Assembly (NCBI RefSeq): GCF_020745735.1
Contig: NC_083449.1
Coordinates: forward strand, 10,080,923 to 10,144,922
Source of the DNA: Hemiscyllium ocellatum
Lineage: Eukaryota
Direction of reading: 5' to 3'
DNA length: 64,000 bases
Under the pieces are notes generated by a model, which was not told where the DNA came from, ran no database searches, and saw only the letters and a list, made by a program, of their open reading frames with translations. Position numbers and translations under genes: made by a program. Position 1 is the first letter of the stretch. Each line of letters begins with the position of its first letter. Below are positions 40,547-53,809 of the stretch, one piece after another.

Positions 40547-41099
40547 TGGTTGGGGGGGGGCAACATTTGGTTCCGTACCTACACACTAATCATTCTATGT
40601 CAGGCTTTGACAGAGAATGTGCATTTTGAATTCATATTCCAACAGGATATGGCTGGAAAAATAGCAGATTGAGTTTAATCTGGCAAAGTGTAAAATGGTG
40701 GACTTTGGGAGATCACATTTTAAGTGAAGGTATACAGTAAATGGCTGGACTCTGAAAGTCACTGATGTACAAAAGGATTTTGGGGTTCAAGTCTCTAGCT
40801 CCCTGAAAGTGGCCATGCAAGCAGGTAGGGTGGTATCTAGAAGAAGGTGTCTGGCATGCCTGCCTTATTGGTTGGGACATTGCGTACAAAGATCAAGATG
40901 TCATATTGCAGCTTTATATGACTTTGGTTAAATCATACTTAGAGTATTGTGACAAAAGATTAATTCTGTCCTTCTCAGATACTGATAGCTGAAATGATTC
41001 TTTCAATATCTGTACTTACTATCTACTTCATATATGGTTGTTCAAATGAACAGCATCATCTCTTTGTTAACCTCTATTATGATGTGAAAAGTATCCTTA

Positions 41100-41396
41100 G
41101 TAAAGTTCAGAACCCATGAGGACAGCCTCAAATCGGGACCTTGGGTTCCTGTCACACTACACACTTCTCACTCTCACACATGCACACACTAATGCATCCT
41201 CACAATTCTCTCATCCTCACACTTCCCCTCATACATACATATACCCCCCCACTCTCACCTATGCGCACACCCTCTCACAGGCAGACACCATCACACACAT
41301 ATACACACACTTTATCAAGTGTGCGTCCACACACTCACGTGTACTCACACTCCATATTCTCTCTCTCTCTCACTCATTCACTCACTCACACTTACA

Positions 41397-41431
<35 letters not shown>

Positions 41432-41922
41432 TCGTCTATGGGGTGGATTTGCATTTGCAGAATTATATTTGCAGATACATTCTATTTTGCTCAAAAGAGC
41501 ACAATCTGCAGGCAGTCAATCCACATAATGTTATATATATTCCTACTTTGGCAATAGAACCAGTCTGACTCAAGATTGGGATACAGACAGATTCTAATCT
41601 CACACCTTTAATACAATATGAGTTGAGATGTCACCCTTTTTTAAATAAAACTTGAAGTCATCTTGAGAATGTGACTTAAAAGTAGTTCTGGGATGTATAT
41701 ATTAATGAACTGAAACCTGCAACTCATTCTAAAAGATGAAAGACATAACAATCCCGATTCGCTCAATATATCATTTCAGTTGCATGACATTGTAATCTTT
41801 TGATATAAATACTGTGTCTCATGATCCTGTTTCACAGCTACCTGATGAAGGAGCAGCGCTCTGAAAGCTAGTACTTCCAAATGAACCTGCTGGACTATAA
41901 TATGGTGTTGCGTGACTTTTCA
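41100..41922 (+). mobile_element. Penelope-like element 3' end (family B) with CA/CT-rich UTR and hammerhead 41839-41873
   Basis: ORF end resembling ..NRDLGFLSHY; TAC-CTGATGA-A-GGAGC-AGC-GCTCT-GAAAG-CTA-GTA. Confidence 0.75.
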
Positions 41923-42104
41923 GTTGTGGTTGTCACATTACAAGAAGGATGTGGAAGATTCAGAGACGGTGCAGAAGAGGTTTGGCAGGATGTTGTCTAG
42001 AGGGTATGAGCTATAAAGAGGAGCTAGAAAAATCCAGGTATGCTACTTCTGAGCTGCAGAGGCTGAAGGCTGACTGAATAGAAGACTGTAACATTTTGAG
42101 AAGA

Positions 42105-42630
42105 GTTGTAGCTCAGGTTGAGGTTCTGGATCCAGGTTTTCTCACTGAGCTGGGAGTTTCAGATGTTTTGTCACCATACTAGGTACCATTATCAATGAGC
42201 CTCCAGATGAAGCACTGGTGGTATGGCCTGCTTTCTATTTATGTGTCCACTACATTGGACAAACAGGCAGAAAACTAGACAAAACTGGCCACAAAAAGAC
42301 ATGACCCACTCTCACTACTATCCTTACATACAGATGAGGAAGGACACCACTTCGACTGGGACAACACATCCATCCCAGGAAAAGCCAAACAGAGACACAC
42401 ACGAGAATTCACAGAAGCATGGTATTCCAATCGGAACTCCATCAACAAACACGTTGCGTTGGATCCAATTTACCACCCCCAGAGAAAATGAACAGGAAAT
42501 GACATCACCAACCCAAAGAAACCTAAACACATAAATAGAAAGCGGGCCATACCACCAGTGATTATGTTATCTAGCTTGGTGATGAAACATCTGAAAACAA
42601 ACCTTCCAGTTCAGCCAGCAACCTATGTCC
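42105..42630. mobile_element. Penelope-like element (third family), inverted pLTR plus GIY-YIG remnant
   Basis: YIGQTGRKL-like remnant at ~42250; related piece at ~51985-52250(-). Confidence 0.65.
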
Positions 42631-43178
42631 AGGTTAAGGTTGATGGTCACAATCTTTTTCCAAGAGTTGAAATGTCTAAAACTAAGGGGCATGCATATAA
42701 GGTGAAAGTTAAAAGGAGACCTAAGGTGCAGTTTCTTTTAATGTAACAGGTGCTAGGAGTGGAACGCACTGCAGGGATGGGTGATGGAGGCAGATACAAT
42801 AAAGGTATTGAAGGGACTTAAAAATAAGCAAATTAACATGCAAGAAATGGAGGGATATGGATCAAGGGCAGGCAGAAGGGACTAACTTCATTTGGTGTCA
42901 AGTTTGGCACAACATCGTACGCTGAAGGATCCATTCCTGTGCTGTACTGTTCGAGTTCAGATTTAATGCAGTGTATATTTCGAATGAGGATTCATTCAAA
43001 TTGATAGGAAATGGGTAGCATGCATTGATAATATAGATTAAAATATAAAATTCTGTTTCCTTGGTGGTGTTTGATTCTTGGTTTTAATATATCTCTGGAA
43101 ATGGAGCTCAATGTGAACCTGACTCAATCCACTCTGACTGTGGAAAGGATGTTCTTCACTCTGACAGCAGTAACATAC

Positions 43179-43260
43179 CTGCTGTTTGTTCGAAGCAGCT
43201 GGTCACACTTGGCTCTGTACCAAGGGAATATTACATTGTCTTGGTCCTTTGAGTACTTGC
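43179..43260 (-). CDS. Putative 82-nt exon paralog (GKYSKDQDNVIFPWYRAKCDQLLRTNS)
   Basis: Acceptor TCTTCCTCCAG, donor CAG|GTATGT. Confidence 0.5.
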
Positions 43261-44132
43261 CTGGAGGAAGACAGAAGAGATACCTCCTGTAAATCAACAT
43301 CAGTTGTGATTGGCAACATCAATGTAACATTCAGTTAATGAACATTAGGATTTTTTGTTTAAAGCCAGAAATTTAAACAGAACCACAGGTCTGATTCCAC
43401 TCCTGCTCTGAGCTGCTCCTTGTCCATTTCTTCTTATAATTCTCACACCAGTTGAGTGAGATTCAGAAACTAAACAACACCCATACAGCTCCATGAATGG
43501 GGCCACGTGATGCAAGTGGGTATGTGGATATGTGAGTTTAGTTATGCCTGTCAGTTCCTGCTTGATGAATATAAGAGTGTAGTTATCAAACTGTAACTTT
43601 CAGTATATGGTAAATATATTTACATATTCACACAACATTGACTGGTCTGGTCTCATTGATAACTAGACAATTATAAAAATAATACAGCATCAGTGGGGTG
43701 GGGGGTGCGGCATTCTGTCCATGCCAATGCTAACACATTGTGCCCTTTCTCATCCCACCTTCCTGCCACCGCCTGTGACCTTGTAGTTTACAACACTTGA
43801 GGTGGAGTTCCAGGGAAATTTTGTTTAAAAGAAAATGCAAGGTCTCTGCCACACCACCAAATCAGGCAGCGAATTCAAGATACCCACCACTCTCTACATT
43901 AAAAAAAATTTTCCTCATATCACCTAATCCTATAACCACTGAGCTTGAATGCATGATCACTGGTTTTTGAACTCTCTGCCAAAGTAAACAGGTTCCTCCT
44001 GTCTAATGTCTCTCTCTCACTAGTTAGTTAAAAAAAAAAATCACACAACACCAGGTTATAGTTTAACAAGTTTTTACGGACGTTCACGATTTTGGACTGC
44101 TGCTCCTTCATCATGAAGCTCGCTATTTAGTA

Positions 44133-44352
44133 CTGTAGACCCCAGTACCCTTGGGGTACATGTTCCAGGACCTACAGCAGAAACGCAAAACCACAGTTAG
44201 TTACAAAACCATTAATTTAAATGGGAAATATACCTTCCTGGCAGCCTCCAGGTCCCTTGTTTTGGAACATTCCCTTTTATATACTTGGACCACGGTTAAC
44301 CGTGGGTAAGTAAAACCGCAATTACCAGACCCGTGGATACGGAGTCGCCCTG
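44133..44352. mobile_element. Tigger/pogo-like MITE (MER2-like)
   Basis: TA flanks, imperfect TIRs CTGTAGACCCC.. / ..GGAGTCGCCCTG, GTTCCAGGACC motif. Confidence 0.65.
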
Positions 44353-46456
44353 TATTCCTTAATCATGGCACCTCTGTTCCAAGGAATACAACCCCAAACT
44401 CTCCAATCTCTCCTGATAGCTACAATTCACTAGCCCTGGCTAGTAAATCTCCTCTGCACTCTCTCTGCAGCAATGACGTCCTTCCTGTAATGTGGTGACC
44501 CGACTGCACGCAATACTCCTGTTGTAGCCACCTGTGCCTCATACAGTTTCATTGTTATTTCCTTATTTTTGTATTCAATCTCTGCCAATGAAAGAGAGCA
44601 TTCCATGGTGCCTTCTTTACAACCCCATCTATCTTTAGGGACCTATGCATTTGCACACTAAGATTTCTCACTTCACCTGTCCCCTCAGTATATTCCCATT
44701 TATTGTCTATTCCCATTTATTGTCTGACTTCCCAAAATGCATTCCCTGACACTTATCAGAGCTGAACTTCATCTGCCATTTTCCTGCCCACTCCACCAAA
44801 CCATCTATATAGTTTTGGAGCTTACAGCTATCCTCTATACGGTTAATTTTTGTGTTGTCCGCAAATTTCACAAATCTGCCCACCATATTCAACTCCAAAG
44901 CATTAATGTATAAAAAAAAACAGCAGAGGTCCCAACACTGAGCTATGCAGAGCACCACTTGAATCAACTTTCCATTCACAATGGCCGCCATTGACCATTA
45001 TCCTTTCTTTCCTGTGACTAGCCAATTCAACACATCATCCAGTATCCCATGGGCTTTTACTTCTTCGACCTGTCTGATGTGATGCTGCTGCTCCTTTAAC
45101 AAGCTTTTAAAAGACACAGGCTCCAAAAATTCAAAGTTGATGGGTTTGAGGGCCATTTTGATTATAGCTAACAGGTAATGCCTCCAGCAAAAGTCTTTCC
45201 ACATTTTTAAAAAGAACACTTGTAAAACAAAAGGGGAGTGGCTCAGTTTTCCCAGCTCGGCTTTTCTCTGGTTTGATTTGGTTTTTGGCTTCTGGCTATT
45301 GACTGAAAGCAGTCAGGCAGCTAAAAAAGCTGCTGAACCCAAAGAAGTCAGTCCATGCTGGTACTCTCTCTCTGACATTTCTCCTGTAAGACCCTGTGTT
45401 TGATTTTACCTTTTGTGCCAAAGAGTGTTTATGGGATTGTTGTAAATGTTGGAGCACCATCATTAACTTGGTATAACCTGTTGCGTTTCCAGATTTTTAA
45501 GTTATGTAGTATTCTGTTCTCTCTTGTTTGTGTATCATTCAGCAATTTTGTAAATCAAACTGTTTGTTTAAAACTACTGGTTTGTCCAGCTGCATCCCTC
45601 CAATAATATCTTCATTAGACCTGTTTAAAAACAACTAGCAAAGTTAGTGTCCGGGCTACTTTCTTGAAATCTTTGGAGGGCATCCCAGAACAGACTGAGA
45701 GCTGTTTGCAGAATTTGTTCTGTAGTTCTGATTTGGGATTTGGTTTGTTGGACTCAAAGGCAGCGAGTGGTAAGTATTAGTGTCTTTTGTTCCAAGTGTT
45801 GAATTCAATTGGTTTAAACAGTGCTTGGAGAAAGTGAGGACTGCAGATGCTGGAGAGCAGAGACTAGAGCGTGGTGCTGGAAAAGCACAGTGGGTCCAGG
45901 CAGCATCTGAGGAGTGGAAGAATCAATGTTTTTGGCATCAGTACTTCATCAGGAAATAGTGTTTGGGATAGCAATGGCTCTTTGAGTCATCAAGAGTTTT
46001 CTGGGGGTGGAAGAAGTGACTTCAGATTTTTGCAAAAAGTGATTAAGGCCAAGTTGCTAGAATTAGCAGACCAGCTGGAGCTCCACTGCCACCATCCACA
46101 AGGAAAAGGGCGATAATGAGAGTAATAGCTGAACGTTTAAATTTGCTGGCAAAGCCATCAGAATCTTTAGAGATGGCAAACATTCAATTGAAAAAGAAGC
46201 AACTCGAGTTAGAGGCAAAAGTCAAGGAAAGGGCAACAGAAACAAAACAGTTTGAATTACGATTAAAAGCAGAAGAGAGGGAGAAGAGAGAGAAAAGGAG
46301 AGAGAGGAAAGGAAGAAAGAGGGAGTTTGAACTATAGACATTGGCACTTAGACAGGAGTTCAAACATTTCCTTCCTGAATTAATGAGAACTCATGTGGAA
46401 GAGCAAAGAGTTAAAACAGCAAGACTGGCATCAGAAATGGCTGATGACTGAGTTGA

Positions 46457-46659
46457 AAATGTGTTGCTGGAAAAGCGCAGCAGGTCAAGCAGCATCCAAG
46501 GAACGGGAGAATCGACGTTTCGGGCAAAAGCCCTTCTTCAGGAATTATTCGGGCTTATGCCCGAAACGTCGATTCTCCTGTTCCTTGGATGCTGCCTGAC
46601 CTGCTGCGCTTTTCCAGCAACACATTGTCAGCTCTGATCTCCAGTCCTCACTTTCTCCT
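46457..46659 (+). mobile_element. Penelope-like fold-back mini-element, 15-bp TSD; hammerhead on minus strand 46510-46545
   Basis: TSD TGATGA(C/T)TGAGTTGA at 46442 and 46660; CTGAAGA-A-GGGC-TTTT-GCCC-GAAAC-GTC. Confidence 0.85.
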
Positions 46660-46994
46660 TGATGATTGAGTTGATCAATGAATCAAAATTGGGCTGCCAA
46701 AATCAATTTCAATCCATGAGGGATAATGATTGTGGATAAGATAAATTTTCACGTGGAAAGTAAAATGTAGATCTCGGTGAAAACCTTAAGGATGATTTAC
46801 CACAGGGTAAAAAGGAAACCCTTGAAGGGGAAAGAGAAGAGAAAGAGCTCTGATGTTTTCAATAAATTAGGCCACATGGAATCAGTATTAGCGGGTTAGG
46901 AAAAGCACTGAGAAGCCAGATGTAGGAAAACAGGAATAGCCAGTGAATTTTTTTGGAGTGGTAACAGAGACCACTGTGGAGACTAGAAAGCTGC

Positions 46995-47103
46995 ACCAGA
47001 ATGTACAAGCTGATCGGAGGTTGTTTTTCAAGATCTTCTTAAACCATATACCAGAATGTACAAGCTGATCGGAGGTTGTTTTTCAAGATCTTCTTAAACC
47101 ATA
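46995..47103. repeat. 55-bp tandem duplication
   Basis: ACCAGAATGTACAAGCTGATCGG...AAACCATA x2. Confidence 0.9.
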
Positions 47104-48152
47104 CACTGTGACTCGCATAGGCCAGGAGCAGCAGGTAAAGAGATGACAATATTCACACATATAAGGATCCTCTCAATCTGTGATGCTAAAAGATGAGGAT
47201 ATACGTACCTCTGAAGGACTATTGTCAGAAACGGTACGAGTAACGGGAATTCACATTGAGACAAGAAATGCTCAATTGTCAGAAGTGAGGTTAGAGTGTC
47301 TAAAGAAGAGGGAAGAAGACATAATAAGAGTACTGGACAAACTTTCAGCTCCAGGAATAAAATTGGTCATTGCTAATGATGTTGCTAATTCACTGGTAGG
47401 AGTGCTGCTGAATGTGGTTGAAAAGCCAGTGGAAATTGAGGTAACTGAACTATTGCAGGACACATATCCTGGAATGTTTCCTGACTCTGTGGTAACGAGG
47501 TCACAGAGTCACCAGTTGAAATAAAAAACAATCAAAGAGTACAGATAAGACAGTTGTAGGGAAATTAGCAGAGACCCTGTTTGATCAGATATTTGAGACA
47601 AACCAAGAACAGATAGATGACAAAGCAGACATCGTTTGCTCAGGTAAATTAACTGAGTTACAGCAGAAAGATGAAAATTTAAAGCAATTGTATCAAAAGG
47701 CATACACAAAACGAATCCAAATGTACCTCTGATTGTTATTACCTTAAAAATGATGTCTTAATGAGGAAATGGAGAACATCACATATTCAGGCAGATGAGA
47801 AATGGGTAGATGTTTATCAAGTTATATTGCTAGTGGGTTGTAGAAAGGACGTATTGCGAGTAGCACATGAGTTACCTGCATAGATTGTGTTTGAAATTCA
47901 CATTATTTAATTGTCATCTCTATATGTGACAACTATTCAGTAAAGGATGAATCCTGTCCTTCTCAATCACAGATAAACTCCATGTAAATATGCTTCGGTT
48001 GGAGAATTTAAACTATAGGCAGAGGATGAATAGGCTGGAACTGTTTTCCCTGGAGAGTGACCTTACAGAAGTTTATAAAATCATGAAGCGCATGTAGAAG
48101 TGGTGGAGCCTGGTACAATTAAAACATGTAAAAGGCATCTGGGTGGGTAGAA

Positions 48153-49505
48153 TGAGAAAGCCTTAAAACTTGTCCTTAAATACTTAGTCGAAATGTAATG
48201 TTGAATTATAGAACGCCAAAAAATAAACAGGGCAAGCAGAGGGGTATCAGGCCACAAAAGGGGGGACCTCGGATATGCAGAAGATAAAGAACATCTGTGA
48301 TAACAGGATGCTCTAAAGCAATTAAGAACATTTGCCTTAACATCAAAGAATCTGTGTAAAAAGGAAACAGAGTGATAACATTCACAGTTGTTAATTTGTG
48401 AAATTAATGACAGTGTTTGATTGTGATCTCGGAAACTTTGTATCATCTCAGAAACATGTCAAAAGCCTTGTAATAAATGGTCAGGCCCTATCAATTATAA
48501 TGGATTCTTATTACGCATGTGTCTGTGAGATGAATGTTTTGAATTTATTTGCATTTTAGGATTTTATGATGATTTTGAGTAGCCATTGCTGATTATGAAA
48601 TACAATCTCTATTATGTAATATTGATGAAGCTTTAACTTACTTGGTGTTCCTACACACCACGACTGCCCCTCTGTCAATTCTAACTCATCAGATCTTATG
48701 TCTTCTTTGAATTTGAATCACAACCCTGCAAAGGAAGCACATTAATTCGAGGCTAATGAATCATTTAAAATTTAACCTTTCACCCTCAGGTACAGAATGA
48801 TTTTGTGTTTAAGATAAAAAGCAGAAGTCTGCTCGTGGCTTAAAAATTATTCTAAACCTAACATTGAAAAGATTCTGACACAATCTGTCAAGAAGCCATT
48901 TTATGGTCAAAGCTTGCCCTCCTCACTAAGATGCCATTTTGTAAAACAATTTATCTGACATGCAAGCTGTGCAAGGTTCCCTTATGACCTCTCCCACTTT
49001 GTTTAGACTGATACCTCTTTATGATAGGGACTTACCTCACCAACAGGCACCTGACTTGGCTGGGTCTATTTCTCCCACCTGATGGATGGCTAAGGGCCTA
49101 CAGGAGTGGTCAGTTAAGCGCACACAGACCTGTTAATTAACTTCTCTTCGTTACAAAATATTGCCTTTCCACTGTCTGTCTAATTAAGAACATGCAGTGT
49201 TTTTTGTAGAACTTTGTAAAAAGGAAGCCTGTTTGAGACAGAAGCCTTCGAGGGCTCTTAAAGGAAGAGCTGGTATCCTACTTTTCTAAGGTATTAGAAC
49301 CTCAGCTAGCCGGGCTTATAGGTGTCAATGTTACATTGTAACAGTGATGCTATTTGTAAATAAAAGGGAAGGCTAAAACTAAATTAAACTGTTTGTCAGA
49401 GGTTTTTATTCCAGACTACCAAAGAGTATGATCTCCAGGACTAACCAAGAAAGGCTTATAGGTCTGAGTCCACAAGGGATTCCCTGGGCCATCTCAAATT
49501 TAACA
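48153..49505. mobile_element. ~1.35-kb insertion, probable solo LTR, inside a CR1 tail
   Basis: Absent from the paralogous 55.4-55.5 kb region; TGAGA...TCTCA termini; no ORF. Confidence 0.5.
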
Positions 49506-49886
49506 ATATGAATACAAAGGGTTTAGAGAGAGGTGGGCTAAGTACTGGCAAATGGGACTAGATTAGGTTAGAATATCTGGTCGGCATGGACAAGTTGGAC
49601 CGAAGGATCTGTTTCCATGCTATACATCTCTATGACTCAACGACTCTTCAGTAACTCTTGCCCTGTTGGTGAGCACAGTTTCCTTCCATCTCTGTACTTA
49701 ACCCCTCCTTCATGGATAGATGTTGAAACAATGCAACAATATGGCCTATTAGCCTATCTTCATTGTAACTTTAAAAATGCCCTTAATAACTGCAGATTTT
49801 AATGCTGCTCCTGAATGTCTATTTTGGATGAGGATTTAGTTTATCTATCTTCAATAATGGTGTGTAAATGTCAATGGGCTACATAC

Positions 49887-49968
49887 CTTCCATTTGTTAG
49901 AGGCAGCTGATCACTCTTTGCTTTGAACTGAGGACAAATTACAGTGTCTTAGTCCCTCAGATGTTTTT
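49887..49968 (-). pseudogene. 82-nt exon paralog with in-frame TAA
   Basis: Acceptor TCTTCATCCAG, donor AAG|GTATGT; CAA>TAA relative to the paralogs. Confidence 0.5.
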
Positions 49969-50539
49969 CTGGATGAAGACACAGGGACACCACCTGTAAA
50001 TCAACATGAGACTAGTCTGGCAATATTGAACTGATCATTGTCACATTCATTGCATCTTTATTAGGATGTGTTTTGTCTTTTTCTTTAAAGCCAACAACTT
50101 AACCAGAATCACAGATCTGATTCCATTGTTGCCCTAAGCTGCCCCTTGTCTGGGGATTGTGTTTGTTTTTCATGTGATTCGATACCAATTGATTTGGAGA
50201 TGCTGGTGTTGGACTGGGGTGCACAATGTTAAACATCACACATCAGGAGCTTCCAAAAAAACTATTGGACTATAACCTGGTGTTGTGTGATTTTTAATTT
50301 GAGTGAGATCCAGAAACTGAGCAACAACTGACCAGCACCATGAACGGGAGTACTCAACCACCAGGATGCTTACATAGTTCAATATCCAACTCCCCAACCA
50401 CCTATTGGAAAGAGGAAACCGGTGCTATTTCTAATGTTTTTACTAAGACCCCAGTTGTATGTTCTTTTACAACAGTATCACATTCCTACAGTTGGTCCAC
50501 ACAACCTCAAAGAAGAGGTTGCCTCAAACACTTTTAAAA

Positions 50540-50768
50540 TCATATTTTATGTTATATTCTTCCTCTGCTCCCACAGACAGTAACAATATCCAATAAAAAG
50601 GAGACGAGAATTCCTTGATATCAGGTACAAAGGCCAGGGCTCTCCACATTAAAAAGAAAATAAGCAATCTGACAGAGCTCAGCTCTTCTCAGACTCTGTG
50701 AGTGGCTCTTAAAAGAGCCTTTGGGTTGTCAGATTCAAGAACGGTCTTCACTTTTTAACGGCTCTAGT
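50540..50768 (-). pseudogene. H2A: Orphan H2A 3' end (last codons, stop, stem-loop 50704-50719, HDE, flank)
   Basis: AAAAAGTGAAGACCGTTCTTGAATC..CCCAAAGGCTCTTTTAAGAGCC; flank matches 26400-26515. Confidence 0.85.
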
Positions 50769-51975
50769 AGGTACATCCACATACTGAATCAGAAATGTTT
50801 CTCGCGCAAATTTAAATTCCTCTCCATCTAAACCCTTAACACTATGACAGTCCCAGTCTATGTTTGGAAACTTAAAAACCCTTACCATATCCACCCTATT
50901 ATTCTTGCAGATAGCTGACATCTCCTGACAAGTTTGTTTCTCAACTTCCCTCTGACTATTAGGGGGTATTTTATACAATCCCAATAAGGTGGTAAAAACA
51001 ATGATTGCAGATGCTGGAAACCAGATTCTGGATCAGTGGTGCTGGAAGAACACAGCAGGTCAGGCAGCATCCAACGAGCAGCGAAATCAACGTTTCGGGC
51101 AAAAGCCCTTCATCAGGAATAAAGGCAGTGAGCTGGAAGCATGGAGAGATAAGCTAGGGGAAGGTGGGGGTGGAGAGAGAGTAGCATAGAGTACAATGGG
51201 TGAGTGGGGGAGGAGATAAAGGTGATAGGTCAGGGAGGAGAGGGTGGAGTGGATAGGTGGAAAAGGAGCTAGGCAGGTCGGACAAGTCCAAACAAGTTAT
51301 GGGGACAGTGCTGAGCTGGATGTTTGAAACTAGAATGAGGTTGGGGAAGGGGAAATGAGGAAGCTGTTGAAGTCCACATTGATGCCCTGGGGTTGAGTGT
51401 TCCGAGGCGGAAGATGAGGCGTTCTTCCTCCAGGCGACTGGTGGTGAGGAAGCGGCGGTGAAGGAGGCCCAGGACCTCCATGTCCTCAGCAGAGTGGGAG
51501 GGGGAGTTGAAATGTTGGGCCACGGGGGAGTGTGGTTGATTGGTGCGGGTGTCTCTGAGATGTTCTCTAAAGCGCTCTACTAGGAGGCGTCCAGTCTCCC
51601 CAATGTAGAGGAGACTGCATCGGGAGCAACGGATACAATAAATGATATTAGTGGATGTGCAGGTAAAAGTTTGATGGATGTGGAAGGCTCTGTTAGGGCC
51701 TTGGATAGAGGTGAGGGAGGAGGTGTGGGTGCAGGTAAAACTTTGATGGATGTGGAAGGCAGGTGATCAACCCTTTCTTATTTCTCAGTTCCACCCAAAT
51801 AACTTCCCTGGATGTATTTCTGGGAATATCCTCCCTAGGTACAGCTGCAATGCTATCCCTTATCAAAAATGCCACTCCCCCTCCTCTCTCACCTCCCTTT
51901 CTGTCCTTCTTGTAGCATTTGTATCCTGGAACATTAAACTACCAGTCCTGTCCATTCCTGAGTCACGTTTCTGTA
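50762..51975 (-). mobile_element. CR1 endonuclease fragment split by a Penelope-like element
   Basis: WVELRNKKG..; ..FPNIDWD..QYVDVPTR. Confidence 0.8.
50992..51760 (-). mobile_element. Penelope-like element 3' part: GIY-YIG remnant, pLTR and hammerhead (51085-51120)
   Basis: IIYCIRCSRC..LYIGETGR..RFREH..HFNSPSHS..LEEERLIFRLGTL; ATTC-CTGATGA-A-GGGC-TTTT-GCCC-GAAAC-GTT. Confidence 0.9.
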
Positions 51976-52817
51976 GTTTCCTGTGGTGATGTCATTTCCT
52001 GTTCTTTTTCTCATGGTATGGTAAATGGGATCCAAGTCAATGTGTTTTTCTGTGGAATTCCGGTTGGAATGCCATGCTTCTAGGAATTCTCATTCATATC
52101 TGTGTTTAGCTTGTCCTAGAATGGCCGTGTTGTTGCAGTCAAAGTGGTGTCCTTATTAACTGGATGTAAGGATACTAGTGAAAGTGAGTCATGTAATTTT
52201 GTGGCTAGTTGATGTACATGCATCCTGGTGGCTAGTTTTCGGCCTGTTTGTATAAAAGTCTCTAAAATTGAGATGCATGGTTAAGGTTGATGCTTAGAAT
52301 CTTTTTCCAGGAATTGAAATGTTTAAAGCTAAGAGGCATGCATATAAGGTGAGAGGGGGCAAGTTCAAAGGAGATGTACAGGGCAGTTTCTTTTAAACAT
52401 AGAGAGTGGTAGGAGTGGAATGCACTGCCGGGGTGGAGATGGAGGCAGATATGATAAGGGTGTTGAAAGGACTTTTAGCTAAGTAAATGAATATGCAAAA
52501 AATGGATGGTAGGCAGAAGAGATTAATTTCATTTGGCGGCATGTTCCGCACAACATCGTGGGCTGGAGGACCCGTACGTGTGCTGTACCAGTCCATGTTC
52601 ATATTTAATGCAGTGTATATTTCGGATGAGGATTCATTCAATTTGATTGAAACTGGGTAGAATGCATTTAGAATATAGATTGAATAGATAGAAACTTCCA
52701 CTTCATTGGTGGTGTTTGACTTTAAACATATCTGGAAATGGTGCTCAATGTGTCCCCGATTCAGTCCAGTCTGTGACTGTGGAAAGGATGTTCTTCGTTC
52801 TGACAGCAGTAACATAC

Positions 52818-52899
52818 CTGCTGTTTGTTTGAAGCAGCTGGTCACACTTGGCTCTGTACCGAGGGAATATTACATTGCCTTGGTCCTTTGAGTACTTGC
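52818..52899 (-). CDS. Putative exon 2 of copy B (GKYSKDQGNVIFPRYRAKCDQLLQTNS)
   Basis: Acceptor CCTTCCTCCAG, donor CAG|GTATGT, in frame with exon 1 at 56151-56199. Confidence 0.55.
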
Positions 52900-53809
52900 C
52901 TGGAGGAAGGCAGAGGAGATACCTTCTGTAAATCAACATCAGCTGTGATTGGCAACATCAATGTAACATTCAGTTAATGATGATTATGATTTTTATTTAA
53001 AGCCAGCAAATTAAACAGAACCATGGGTCTGATTCCACTCCTCCCTGTCCATTTTTTCTTAAAATTCTAAGACCAATGAGTGAGATCCAGAAACTAAACA
53101 ACATCCATGAATGGAACTACCTGATGCAAGTGGGTATGTGAGTTCAGTTATTGATCTATACCTGCCAGTTCCAGCTTGATGAATGTGAGAGTGAAGTTAT
53201 CAAACTATAACATTCATTGTATGGTCAATATATTTAAATATTCACACTGCAGAGACTGGCAGGGTCCACTTGATAACTATTGAATCATAAAAATAATTCA
53301 GCACAGAGGGGGCTATTCAGCCCATCTTGTTCATGCCAACTCAAAGACACCCAGATGCCCTTTCTCATTCCACCTTTCTGTCACAGCCCATAGCATTGCA
53401 GTTTACAGAACTCAATGTGCAGGTCCATGGATTTTTGTTTAAAAGAGTTTAGGGTCTCTGCCTGCACCACCACCACCAAATCAAAGTTAAAAATCACACA
53501 ACACCAGGTTATAGTCCAACAGATTTACTTGGAAGCACTAGTGTTTGGAGCACTGCCCCTTCATCAGGTGATTGTGGAGTGTAAGACACAGAATTTTAAG
53601 CAAAAGTTTCCAGTGTGATGAAATTATATATTGAAAAAGACCCGAATTGTTTGTTAAGTCTCTCCTCTTTAAGAATCATGACCACCAGATCGGGCAGCGA
53701 ATTCCAGCTACCCACCACTCTGCATAAAACACATTTTTCCTCACATATCATCTAATAGAACAGCCGCTTGGTTTGAATCAATGATCCCTGGCGTTTGAAC
53801 TCTCTGCCA

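Larger units (their letters stand above)
45085..47880 (+). mobile_element. Decayed Gypsy-type LTR retrotransposon (LTR plus gag/pro remnants)
   Basis: Coiled-coil gag-like fragments; the paralog at 53810-55210 shows a CFRCNTVGY zinc-knuckle and an LRDT protease-like remnant. Confidence 0.7.

Noticed and set aside
41116-41568. His/Thr-rich ORFs
   Set aside because: CA/CT microsatellite in a Penelope 3' UTR.
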